Below, piece after piece: positions 1 through 11,179 of a DNA stretch of 64,000 bases. The stretch is from Calcarisporiella thermophila CBS 279.70. Lineage: Eukaryota; Fungi; Calcarisporiellomycota. The stretch lies in contig NW_027192194.1 in the NCBI RefSeq assembly GCF_041956535.1, positions 612,545-676,544 of the forward strand, written 5' to 3'. Numbering within the stretch: the stretch's first letter is position 1; the number at the start of each line of letters is the position of its first letter. Position numbers and translations under genes: made by a program. The notes under the pieces were generated by a model. That model did not search any database. It was not told where the DNA came from and worked only from the letters and a program-made list of their open reading frames with translations.

Positions 1-221
1 AGGAGAACGGGCTGAAGTTTGTGGGTCGGGACGAGCAGGGTGAACGCATGGAGATCATGGAGCTGCCCGAGGAGGAGCACCCTTACTACGTCGGCACCCA
101 GTACCACCCCGAGTATCTCTCGCGCCCCCTGAAGCCAAGCCCCCCCTTCGTGGGGTTGGTGCTGGCCTGCTCTGGCATGCTCAAGGCCTATTTGGACGGA
201 AACGATGTGACAACCTACTAA
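1..221 (+). CDS. URA7: CTP synthase, C-terminal end of the glutamine amidotransferase domain (5' part lies outside the window)
   Basis: GERMEIMEL...[24 protein letters not shown] contains the catalytic H-P-E motif typical of CTP synthase; stop TAA at 219-221. Confidence 0.93.
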   Translation, partial: ENGLKFVGRDEQGERMEIMELPEEEHPYYVGTQYHPEYLSRPLKPSPPFVGLVLACSGMLKAYLDGNDVTTY

Positions 222-889
222 TTTTGATGCTTGTTTGTTTTACTGTTTGATGTTGGTCAGTTTTTCTTTCATTTCCCCCTCTTTTTTTTCTATCCCATTA
301 GTTTAGATTAAAATATAGATTGTATATATGAATACCAAATAAAGGCGAAATGATCCAAAACCTATTCGAGAGCTCTTAACGTGAAACCGTTTTATTATTC
401 AGATTTTTTTTCTCCTTTTTCATTTTTCTCACATTTCAAAATATATATATATAAGTATATAGATAAGCAGCTACCCATATATAAAAAATAATAAAGATAA
501 AAATAAAATATATAATTACAAAGTATGTCTAATACAAAAAAAAAATAAAGAGGAAAATAAAATAAATTCAAAAGCAAAAAAGAAACAAAAACCTGAAATA
601 GATATTTTGTGCAGAATGTGACACTATAAAAAACAAGTACGTACAGAAAGACATAGAGATAAGTGTATTCGCTAGAAGTCCATCATCTATGAATTGCCAA
701 AGTAAAAAATACAGCGTCAGCAGCAGCAGTTGTTATAGAGACGTGAAGCCGGTGTCTCGAACACCTGTCTCAAATAATGCAAAGTGTTGGGAGGAAGGCG
801 GGGGGCCATAATTACACCGGTAGGGGGATACGACATATCGATCCTCAGTATGGATATGATGATGTTACTCTCGCTTCTTTAAGCGCCAG

Positions 890-2330
890 CTAGGAAGCCT
901 CATTGAAGAATTGGTCGTATTGATCCAAGTCTGCGGCGGAGACTTTCTCAGGGTCATTTAGGTCGGCCCAGTCCGGCAGTTCGTCCAGAGCGGAGAAGTC
1001 ATGGGCCGGAAATGAGGTACATGGAATCTCCCCTGCAGTTGCCGATGTTTTGGGCGATATCCAGGCCATCTGCTCAGGTGCAGTGAATGGTACAGAGGCG
1101 CGACGAAGAGGATAGGGTGGGCGGAGAGCTTTTTGCTCCAAGTTAGACGAAGAGTAGAGGTTGGCGTTGGCGGGACACTTTAGAGCGGGGGGCAAATCAC
1201 GAGTATGTGCTACGTAGGGTTGTGCACTCGAAGTAAACTCGATCTCCTCCTCCTTTGTGGGGGGATTGTATGGGAAGAAATCCTCATCGCAACCAAGGTC
1301 CCCGTGCATCATCTCCTCATAATAGTCAGAGTCTTGCAAATCAGTCGAGGTTAAGGCAGACACTGGAGAGGCATCGTCGTTGGTCGGGGTGAGGGGCTGT
1401 TGCGAGAAGATTCCACGGTCTTCCACGTCACTAGGAGAATTCGGGGTGTCTGAAAGGGAGTTGGACGAATCAGAGGAGGATGTGGATTGTTTTGACAGGA
1501 ATGGGACCACTTGTTTAGGCGAGCCCTGCTCATAGTCATCTCCGTAGTCATTACCAGCGTCTGAATCGCTCAGCTCATCCTCTAAACCTCTGGAAGGCTG
1601 CCAATTCTCCTCATCCCACACTGGATCGGGTCGAGCCTCATACATACGGCGTTTATTATGAGGCGGCGAAGGAGGAGGAGTGGCAGGCCGCTTCCGAGAC
1701 TCTAGATATCCCCTCTCTTCATGCTCTCCATCCAAGACAAAATGGGAGGGCGGGGGGGCAAACTTGCCAGATATGCGGGTGTGTTCAGGTGGCAGTTTGG
1801 GAGTTGATACTTTGCGGCCGGGTGGTCTTCTTTGCTGTTTTGAATCTATTGATTCGGCATTGGATTCCTTCTCGGCAATGTAATAGCGGAACTTCTTGCC
1901 ACGCTGTTCGTCCTGCAATCGCCCAAGGACCGGTTGGCGTCTGTGCTCGGCTGCTCGTTTGTAGTGCTGCGAGATACGAGAAGAAACGGTAGCAAATGGA
2001 GTCTGGCCCCTATTAATCAATGCCAAGAAATAGACGATGAGGTCAGTCATCGATTCGATGTGGATCTAATGGTCAAAAAGCAACAAAAACAACTTACCCT
2101 AACTGCGTGAGATCATGTTTCAGGATGTAATTAGCAAGCTCTCTTGGCGATGAGGGTCGGTTGCCCATCTCAAGGAGGGCTCGGAGAACAGCAGAGAATA
2201 CTTTATCTCGGGAATCCTCTGGGTGCAAATGGGCCTTGATGGAAGCATATTCTTTCTCAGTATCAGCAGATTTTGCTTTCATAGGCGATGTGTGATGTTG
2301 ATGAGCTGAAGTCTTAAAGTGCTTGGTCAT
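890..2330 (-). CDS. Gds1-like winged-helix (HARE-HTH-type) protein with long acidic/Pro-Ser disordered tail; 2 exons
   Basis: A GT-AG intron at 2097..2010 joins ...GNRPSSPRELANYILKHDLTQLG to GQTPFATVSSRISQHYKR, the recalled fungal Gds1 winged-helix signature. Start is ATG 2330 or 2282. Confidence 0.7.
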
Positions 2331-4363
2331 GCAAAGAAATATAAAATTTAATATCCGATACTCCAATGAATCAAGAAAAGAAGCAAACTAGGTAGTTGGC
2401 TTGAGTTGAGAAGGCGAAAATAGATATAAGTTTGTATATATATATATATGAGAGTGTGTGAGAGAAGATGGGATTATGAAAGAGGTTATAGAATCGAAGT
2501 GGATTTACAGACCTGCAAAGAGTGAAGGAATAGGAAAAAAAAAAAAAAAGGAGAAGAGGCAAAGAAAAGCCAAAATCGAAAGCAGGCGCCTTTTCGGTGG
2601 GATTCGATCCCTTTTATGACTAATACTGGGTGACGCATGATGATGTGGCTTATAAACGTCAAATCTCTCCGGTATCTGAAACACAGCTATCAGAACAAAC
2701 GATAAGAGAGGTGAGCGAATGAGGAACGAGCCCGTTTGACTCCCTGGAACGAGATTGGTTATTCCAGCGCAGTATTTCCCCAATTACGGATTGACAACTG
2801 AGATCCGCCTTCATACAGAATAAGTAACGAAGGGGAGAGCTCAACCATACGCTGGATGACTCCAAGTTTCGTCTGGCTTGCCCGTTTAGGCAAATAGCTT
2901 CGCGGCACGAAGTTTGAATCGGAACACCGCTATTGCAAAAAAGAGTATGACCTCGCATGCCATCACCGATGGCGTCCTCCTTGCTCACGAGAAACGATGC
3001 AGCAGACCCAAGGTTGGGATCACACAGCACTCTGGCCATTCTGCCCGCATCCGCCGCGTCCTGTTGAACAGCCCAGCCTCTACGCGAGCCTTGCAATATA
3101 AATTAGGCGTCTATTTAGCTTTTGCCCGGAAGCTTAAAGGCTGCATAAGCTCCCCCTCTCTCCAGAGCTTCTTATTCCCATCCGAGGCCGCGCAGAGTTT
3201 CCCGAGCATTCTCCCGCTCCAGCTTTCCCTGCAGCATTAAATTCGCCACCCTCCCATTTGTTGCCCTGCGCATCCGAGCATGGCGGCAAACTATGCATTT
3301 CTTCGTCATTCATTTCAAACAACTTGTTCTCCGCTGATGTCGCCACCACTCGGCGTCTTGCTTGCGAAATAGAGACAGAGTGGTGCAGGTGGTAAACTGT
3401 GACGTTGCACAGGCAACACCAGTGGAGCTTTGGCCTGGATCCAAGCTCACGCCTTCCTCTTCCATATCCCACACTCCTTGGCCCCAGATATCCTCCGCAA
3501 AGCCGCGCTTTGTTCGCTGATCAGATCACTCTATGAGGGCCTGGTATTGCTGAAAATTGCCAAAGAAAGGAGCCCCTCTATGGATTGCCATCGTGTCCCT
3601 CGAGGATTATCACAAACCCAAGAGGAATCCGGACAAAATCCATAGATGTTCGAATTTTATTAGGGTTTCACTAACTCCCGGTTTTATTTCTGATTTCAAA
3701 TTGGTAAAATTCATAATGACGGCATTTCATGGCGAGAGAGATGAAAATGCTCGGCTATGAAAGACTAAGCCGCCGTAAAAGCAGCAAAGCAGCTTAATGC
3801 CTTTAGCCCAAACTCGTCCTCAACAACAACTAGCGACATAGTTGGTAGCGAAATTAGGCCCAATCCTTTTTTCTGTGATTTAAAGGTAGTCTCCTCGCTA
3901 GAGAATGGGGGGATGCAGTGCGATGTGAAAGGGGGGTGGGTCTAAATATTTTCCAGCAGCCCAATTCTCATTGCAAAGAGTGGGCATTAACCTCCTTCAC
4001 AGGTTGTACAGCACACGACTTCCATACGGATATAAATGGACTAAATTCTAGAGACACCGCGCCTCTTCGTTTGTATCTTTTTAATTTTGTTTTTCTGCAA
4101 AATTATATTTAATAATACCCAAACAGGGAATCTCATCACACTCTCCACACATATCTCACTTTATTTGCTTAATTATATTTGGGCGGTTTTGATTGCGGTT
4201 TCTTTTGTCTTCTTTCTCTCTCTCTCTCCTCCCTCTCCCCCTCCCCCTCCTCTACATCCTTTGATATCTCTTTCTATACTTTTGTGTCTTATATGCCCCA
4301 TCCCCATACCTCTCCTTTTTCTGTTAATTAGTCCCTCTAATTCAAGCCAATCACACACAAAGT

Positions 4364-5452
4364 ATGCACACAGTCCTCCGCCGATACTCCATCAAGGAGA
4401 GTCCCACCTCGCTTTCCCTCACGCACCAGTTAAAAATCGCCCGTCAAATGTCCACCATTTTGCGTTTCCACACGTGGATGCGGATAAGTGAAGCGGTCCT
4501 CTCCCTCCTTGCATTGGCGACGGCATCCCGTTTGCTGTGGTATTCGAACACCTTTCTCGATGGAGCCCGTCATCCCTCGCCAGGATTCACGGTCTTCCTG
4601 AGCTGTATCTCCTTTCTCTTTGCCAGTCTTCTTGCATCGCTCCCAGCGGTGTATGAGGCGACGGGGAAGGGCCACCTCCTGGCCAGTCGGTTGATCTGCA
4701 CGCGCTTGGAACTTGCGCTCACGGCTGCCATCACGATTCTTTGGGGTTGCGACGGTATCTACACCATAATCTACCAAGCGGCAGCGGCAGCCACCAACTC
4801 CCTTAATAAATCGGGGCTCCCCCCGTGTCAGTTGCTTGGAACGCCCTTTGCCAAGGCATTCCCAATGCTCCCGTCAACGTGCAACTGTGCTGGGGCGGCC
4901 ACCTTCTTCGCGTGGCTCTCCTTCGTCGCGTGGTGCACCTCTGCCTACATGGTGTTCCGGTTGGCAAGGAATGATGCGCAGATGTACGCGTTGAAGAAGC
5001 ATTCTCGCACGGTCATGACCTACGGGGGAAGCCCCACCGGAAATTTCCTACCCCTCGGGTCGGAGACCCAGTTGGTGATGGCAGAGCCGCAGCCGGCCAT
5101 GGCCTTCAACCGCAAAATGTCGCTACGAAGTGTTCAGTCCGGGGAAATGAATGAGGCGCGGTCGAGAGAAGAGGAGGAGTTTCACGCGGGCGTCCTGAAA
5201 CTAGACCCGGCCATGCTCACGGAGGGGAGGTTGTCCACGTCCCTTTCAACCCACTCCACCGCTGTCTCCACGCCCACCCAGAATTCGTTCCCCGAGGAGG
5301 GTGACGCCGAGCCCAGACCCTCCGTGTCGTCCTCTGCCTCCTCCAGCCGGAAGCAGGTGCCCCGCAAAACGCCGAAATACTTGCCCGACACGGCCCGTAT
5401 TTCAAGACTGTCGCTTAATTTCGACAAAGCGGAGCAAAAGTTTTGTAACTAA
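4364..5452 (+). CDS. MARVEL-domain four-TM membrane protein with Ser-rich cytoplasmic tail
   Basis: Single 362-aa ORF with four hydrophobic helices, a Cys-containing loop before TM4 (C...CNC-AGAATFFAWLSF) and a disordered C-terminus. Confidence 0.6.
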   Translation: MHTVLRRYSIKESPTSLSLTHQLKIARQMSTILRFHTWMRISEAVLSLLALATASRLLWYSNTFLDGARHPSPGFTVFLSCISFLFASLLASLPAVYEATGKGHLLASRLICTRLELALTAAITILWGCDGIYTIIYQAAAAATNSLNKSGLPPCQLLGTPFAKAFPMLPSTCNCAGAATFFAWLSFVAWCTSAYMVFRLARNDAQMYALKKHSRTVMTYGGSPTGNFLPLGSETQLVMAEPQPAMAFNRKMSLRSVQSGEMNEARSREEEEFHAGVLKLDPAMLTEGRLSTSLSTHSTAVSTPTQNSFPEEGDAEPRPSVSSSASSSRKQVPRKTPKYLPDTARISRLSLNFDKAEQKFCN

Positions 5453-6373
5453 AGCTGGAAGGGTCTGAGGGGCGGGAAAATAGGGCGCTTTTCTCTCTTG
5501 TTTTAATATGTGTATGTTGATTTTTTTCATATTTACCCCTTTTATGTTATGACGCTCTCCCCTTAATTTCAACCTACCCAGAATCTCCTCTAATGCGTTT
5601 GAAATTCTCCCAATCCTCCTCCCCCACCTCTCCCCCTGACCCCATTACTCTAGTGCGAGCCATCTGTGTCTTAGGTGTATTTGTATACTTTGGTTTATTA
5701 ATGGAAACCGTGTGATAGGAGGTTCAATAAAGCTAAATAGACCAATAAGAAAATCCTGAATCGAATTAGACCCTTCACCCTAGCTCAGGAAGGCACTGTG
5801 GATGGAGGCCCAAGGTTTCCGATAGCTTATTTTTTTTTTTGGCTTAAAATGGTGATCAGTGCAAACTTGGCTCAAATGTAGGTCGCAAAAAATAGAACCC
5901 GATATCTTTGCCGCCACTCTCTTCATGAAAAATAGACACGGTTGGTAGCCAGGTAAACTCGATCAACCACGGTAACCCCCTAGAGCCGGTTCAGTCATTT
6001 TGACGAGATGGTCGATGTCTGTATAGGCTACCTGCCTCTCCCGTTTTAATCAAGGAGTGCAAACAGTATTTAAATAAAAGGAAAGCGGTATTTCTTGGAG
6101 GAACTTGGGGTCAAATAGGGTGAGCAGTATCATCATAGTCGGCCCTAAAGATCCGTCGTATCGTTTTCTTCTTCAAACGACTTCAATAGGAACGAAGAAA
6201 TAGAGGAAGAGGAGGAAGAGAGAGTCCCCCCGTTTTCTCTGGTAATGCATTGAATAGGTTTATTGGTAACAAATCCATCAAGTTCCTAGCTGGAGGAGGA
6301 ACAAAATAATTAACACTGTTCTAGTATTTTAGATAGTTTACTTTGCAACTATACATAACACAATGGCGTACAA

Positions 6374-8264
6374 TTAAACCGGTGAAATAAACGCGCCATA
6401 CTTCTCCGTCTCCGTCTCCGTCTCCTCTGCCTTTTCGGTGGTTGCCGGGCGGGTCCCCGCTTCCGGAGCGGTTTTACCCCACCTTCGCTTCAGGAACTTG
6501 ATCCAAGGCGGCGAGATCACAATGCCCTTTTGCAGCCACGGCTCTTTACTCGTCCGGTCATACCGAATCCTCCCCTTGCTCACCTTCTCCAGCACCCAGA
6601 TCGTCATATTCAGCACAATGTAGGAGCCCACCCCGCCAATGACCCCATACGCAATGCTGTAGGTCAGCGGCATCAGCGCGATGGTGATATAGGCTGGAAT
6701 GGCATCGCCGATGAAGTCCCAGTTGATGTCCTTGCCGGCCTTGAACATCAGCGCTCCCACCACGATCAGGGCGGGCCCGGTGGCCCAAGGCGGAAAGCTG
6801 GCAAAGATCGGGGCGAAGAAGAGCGAGAGGAAGAAGAGAAGACTGATCATTACCGCGGTGAGCCCGGTCTTGCCCCCCTCTGCGATGCCGACCCCATTCT
6901 CGCCGAAGGCCGTGACCGGCGATGTCCCGAATAGGGCCCCGATCATCACGGCGAATCCGTCGGCCATGAACGCGGCGAAAGACCCCTCGAAGTCTCCCCA
7001 TTGGTCAACAAACCCGGCTAAATTAACGAGGGTATAGAGGCCAGAGGTTGCTTCAAGAATGTCGACATACCTGGAGGGGGTTGTTTAGCACATAGTTAGT
7101 GAGGGTAGAGCGGCCGCAGCCGTTCACTTCGTGACTTACAGGAAGGTAAAGAGCGCGACCCAGACTTCATTGCCCGCGAATGAAAAATTGAGCGCCGCTA
7201 AAACCCTAAATATCAATGCGCATGACATACATGAAGAAAGCGCACTCTCTTTGACCTCGGCACTTACCGCTGAATGGGATGGAAGGTGACCACTTTTCGG
7301 AAAAAGTCGAACTGCTGATTGCCTAGCTCGGTGTTCGGGAAATAGGTGATGGCGGTGTTGCGAGGCCACGACAGGATGGACACGAAGAGAATGCCAATAA
7401 GGGCCGCCCCCTTGACGCGGTAGATCATAAAGAGGGTGATGATGACGAGGCCGGCTATCCCTAGCCACATGGTGGGGGATTCCATCTGGTGGCCCTTGCA
7501 TTGACCCGTGGTTGGATCGAGGAACTGTTCTGGGCAGCCCGCAAGGCCAACTAGGGTTGCGGGGTCATATCCAACTAGCCCAATCCCTGCAGTGCGCTGG
7601 AGCCCGATGTTAGTAAGAAAGAGCCCGATGCCGATGGACATGGCGTTCTTGAGCGAGGTTGGAAGGATTTTTGCGAGGTACTGGCGAAGCCCGAAAAAGG
7701 TGAGCAGCATGAAGATGATGCCCTCGAGAAAAATGGCGGCGAGGGCCGTTTTGTAGGGAACCTTGCCGCTCCCATGGAATCCCACGACTGTGTAAGTGAA
7801 GTATGCATTGAGCCCTATTCGTAGAAATGAGAGGATGGTTAGCATGTCCCGCTATCATTCCATTTTTTTTTAGTGCAGCGAATCTCACCCATTCCCGGTG
7901 CCATCCCTAGAGGGAGGTTTGCCAGCAAACCCATTAGAAGGGTAGCGAAACCAGCGATAGCAGCAGTGCCTGTGATGAGATCTTTGCGAATTTCGTAGAT
8001 GCATGATTCGTATGCTGCCTGCCCGACACAGAGCGGGTCTCCCCCCGGGGTCGGCCTGCACACACAGGTCCCCCCCGTTTCGCTAATAATAGCAGGGTTC
8101 ACCGCGATAATGTAAGCCATGGTGACGAAGGACGCGATTCCAGCTCGTATCTCAGTCGCAAACGTCGTGTCACGCTCGTTCGCCGCTCCTGAGCCGCGAA
8201 GTTTAAAGTAGCGGCCGACAGGGGAGGCGGCCATTTTGTTGTTGAGGCTGTCGACCCAACCCAT
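6374..8264 (-). CDS. azgA: AzgA-type purine (hypoxanthine/adenine/guanine) permease, NCS2 superfamily; multi-exon
   Basis: Motifs EIRAGIASFVTMAYIIAVNP, ANLPLGMAPGMG|LNAYFTYTVVG, GTSPVTAFGE..GIAEGGKTGLTA and MPLTYSIAYG across spliced exons; ATG at 8264. Confidence 0.92.
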
Positions 8265-9657
8265 GGCTGAAGTTGCTGTTAATGGGTGTGCTTGATAAGA
8301 GATAAAGAGAAGGGTTGAGACAGGATGACGTGACCAAACGTAAAGGGAAGCTAATGGGGGCAGACTCTTCGGAGTCGAGGGAATGGTGGGAGGGGAGAGG
8401 AGAGCAGGGAGAAAAGCGAGAAAAGCAAAGACAGCGGGAAGACGAGGGAGTATTTGTACCTTTTTTTTCTCCAAGGTTGGACAGCTTCTGAGGCGAGACT
8501 CGGTTGTCTTATCCGGCCAGCAAGTTTTGCAAGCCTCGGGGAAAAGAACGGGACTAGAAGAGAGCCGCAGGCGGGGGAGAGCGGCGGCTTTCGATGAGAG
8601 CGCGCGAAGCCGGCTCCCTTTCCCTCCTCTGACACTCGCCAGCCCCAAACAGTCCTAGGGACGGCTGGATTAGGAAATATGAGATCTCAGGAACAGGCCA
8701 GCTTTCAGATCGCGGGCAAGAGGGGTCAGTGCAACCGAATGGGAATGCGGGGAGAGTGGGGGTGGCGCTAGGACGCGGGCCTCTGCTTTCCCCGGCTCCC
8801 CAGCATTGCCGGATTCCAATATTTGCTCTTTTCAGCGCTAATTTCGTCTTTAGCTAAGCTCCCACTGCTTCAATCTGTGTCTGTTTGGTTAGAGTTAGGC
8901 TGTAGCAAACACGTTTTGGCTGAGCGCTTATGAAACCTTGAGCCGAGCTCGTTTAAGGTCTCCAATGCCCCCTCTGCCCAAATGTTCTGCTTGACGGGCG
9001 CTCTGAACGGCCTAGCCCTCCCCACTCCTAGGCCCATTCCTTGTCCTCGCGCGGCCATCGCCTGAGCGCCTGGGTTCTTTGCACGCGGGCAGGTAGCCAA
9101 GCGCTCGTGCAGCCGCGCGTGCGTTGGCACTTCCACGCGAAAGCCTTTACATTTTGCCACCGCAAGCGTTGACAAATCGAGCCAAAATTAATGGAGCCTA
9201 CAAGTCTTAATTCAAGTTCAAGGTGAAACAAGGGCGGCGATCCATCCTTCCGGCGAACCTTTCCGCCCCCCACTATAACCGCTCTAAGTAATCATTAAGA
9301 ACCAGTTTGCAAAAGGCGGTTTCTTTCGAACTAGGTTGCTCTTCCCCTATATATATCCTTCTTTTGCTCTTGCCACAAATGAGGCTGCCAACGAGTTTTT
9401 TTTTTTTCATTTCTCTTTGAACCCTCAAACAGGTCGTCGTTTGCTCCATCTTTCCTATTTCTCTCCATCTCCTCTTGGTGCAGCTCATATAAAAAAAAAG
9501 GAGATTGTTTTCTGTTTTGATTTTTTTTTTGTTTTCAACGCACCTTTTCTCTCCCGAGTCTTGTCCCTTTTCTTCTATTTGACTTGCTTGCTGCTGGGAA
9601 AATCTTCCTTCGATAGCGTCATAACCTTCTCATTCTTTCAATACTGAACGAAAAATC

Positions 9658-10640
9658 ATGCAAGTGGTGTCGGTTCTCATGCTGGCGCTCCAGGGGGCTA
9701 CCGTGGCTCTCTGTATCCACGCGCTGATCTATTGCTTGCATGCAGGCAAGCGCTTCGCTACAAAGGCCAACATCGCCAAGATCATCCTCTCGGTGACGCT
9801 GGGTGTCAAAGTGGTCGGCTTTGTTACCTTCGCTATGCCCCTGTTTGGCGCCTGCTACGGGGTGGCAAAAGCCGCCGATCTCCTCTATCACCTGTCAATG
9901 GTGGCCGCAAACACGGTGCTTCTTTCCCGCGCCACTACTATCTGGGGTAACGCGCGGCCCTTCGTCATCATCGAGTGCGTCTTCTTGGTGCTGCGGTTGG
10001 CGGTGGGATTGTGGGATGTCGGAGCAACCTATGCATTCCCTATCACCGACTCCACGAATCCCTCCGCGCTCGGAACGTGCTTCTACCTCGAGAATTTTGC
10101 AGCGGTAAGTTTGGAAGGGCCTCCTGCTCCCGTGAGAAGAGTAACTTACTGACCCACGACCTTCTCCTTCTCTAGGGCATCACCTACATAAGCACGGATC
10201 TCGTCACCGATCTCTACGTGACAACCAGTATTTCTGTTCGCCTCATCAATCACCATATGCATCTAAGGCGTGCGGGAGTCGGTGGCAACTCTCTCTACAG
10301 CGCCATCATCTCCTCCAACCTCCTGCGCACCATTCTGCTGCTGATCATCAACATCATCAGCATCATCCTGGTCACCATGCCGCAGCTTCCGGAGGGAAGT
10401 ATCCTCCTATGGAGTTTTGCGAACATCGCCTACGTCGTGACGATCGTCTACGACTCGGACATGGTGCGCTTCTGCCAGCAGCTGCAGGCGGAGCTTTCGA
10501 GTGACAGGCCGAGGCCGCTGAGGAACCGAGTGGAGAATTCTGGCAATTATACCGGGGCTTCCTCAGAGGACAGCTGCACTCCCCTCAAGGGAGGAGAGAA
10601 GAAGTGGGCGACGGTCTCGGACGTGCTCGACAAGGTCTAG
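9658..10640 (+). CDS. Orphan 7-TM, GPCR-like membrane protein; 2 exons
   Basis: Intron 10105..10175 (gtaagt...ctgac...tag) joins two ORFs in frame. The product has seven hydrophobic segments and a polar C-tail. Confidence 0.6.
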
Positions 10641-11179
10641 GGTCGGTCCCAATGGCACAATAGTGCTCATGCTTTCCTTCTCTCCCCCCTCCTCTCCCCT
10701 TCTCTCTCCCCTCCTCCTCCTCCGTTTCTCTCACCCCCAGCTCTACCCACGATTCAGCTTAACAAACACGCATATTGGTTTATTGTTTTTCTATTGTTTG
10801 TATGGCTTCTGTTCCGTTCGTTTGACTATTTCATTTATTTAAAATATAGTGTGCTCTATTCAATCGTGCCCAAATGAGGTCATTCTCTCTGAAATCTATG
10901 TGAAAGTGAGGGCAAAATAGGCACAATCCGGGGTTGCACGGAGATCATCTCACCCTCAACTCCGAAAAATAGCATGTGCATATCTGGGATTCTGTGGTTT
11001 AAGGCAAGCATTATTTCTTACAGGCACCACACAGCTAGCTTCGTGGGAGTCGGCCATGGAATGAAAGCGAAAATACGAATATTCCAATCGACCTGCCATC
11101 TCTCTGTTTGCTTATTATTTATCGTTCCGAATCTTGGAATCCATATCCAACCCCAACCATCCCCCGCATTTCTCACACC

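Noticed and set aside
2400-4360. Several 60-145 aa ORFs between the divergent Gds1-like and MARVEL genes
   Set aside because: No domain-like content or consistent splice chain; most likely promoter and UTR sequence.
5456-5472. GGAAGGGTCTGAG resembling RNase P CR-I
   Set aside because: The spacing is off by one base, no complementary CR-V was found downstream, and it lies immediately after a stop codon in a 3' UTR.
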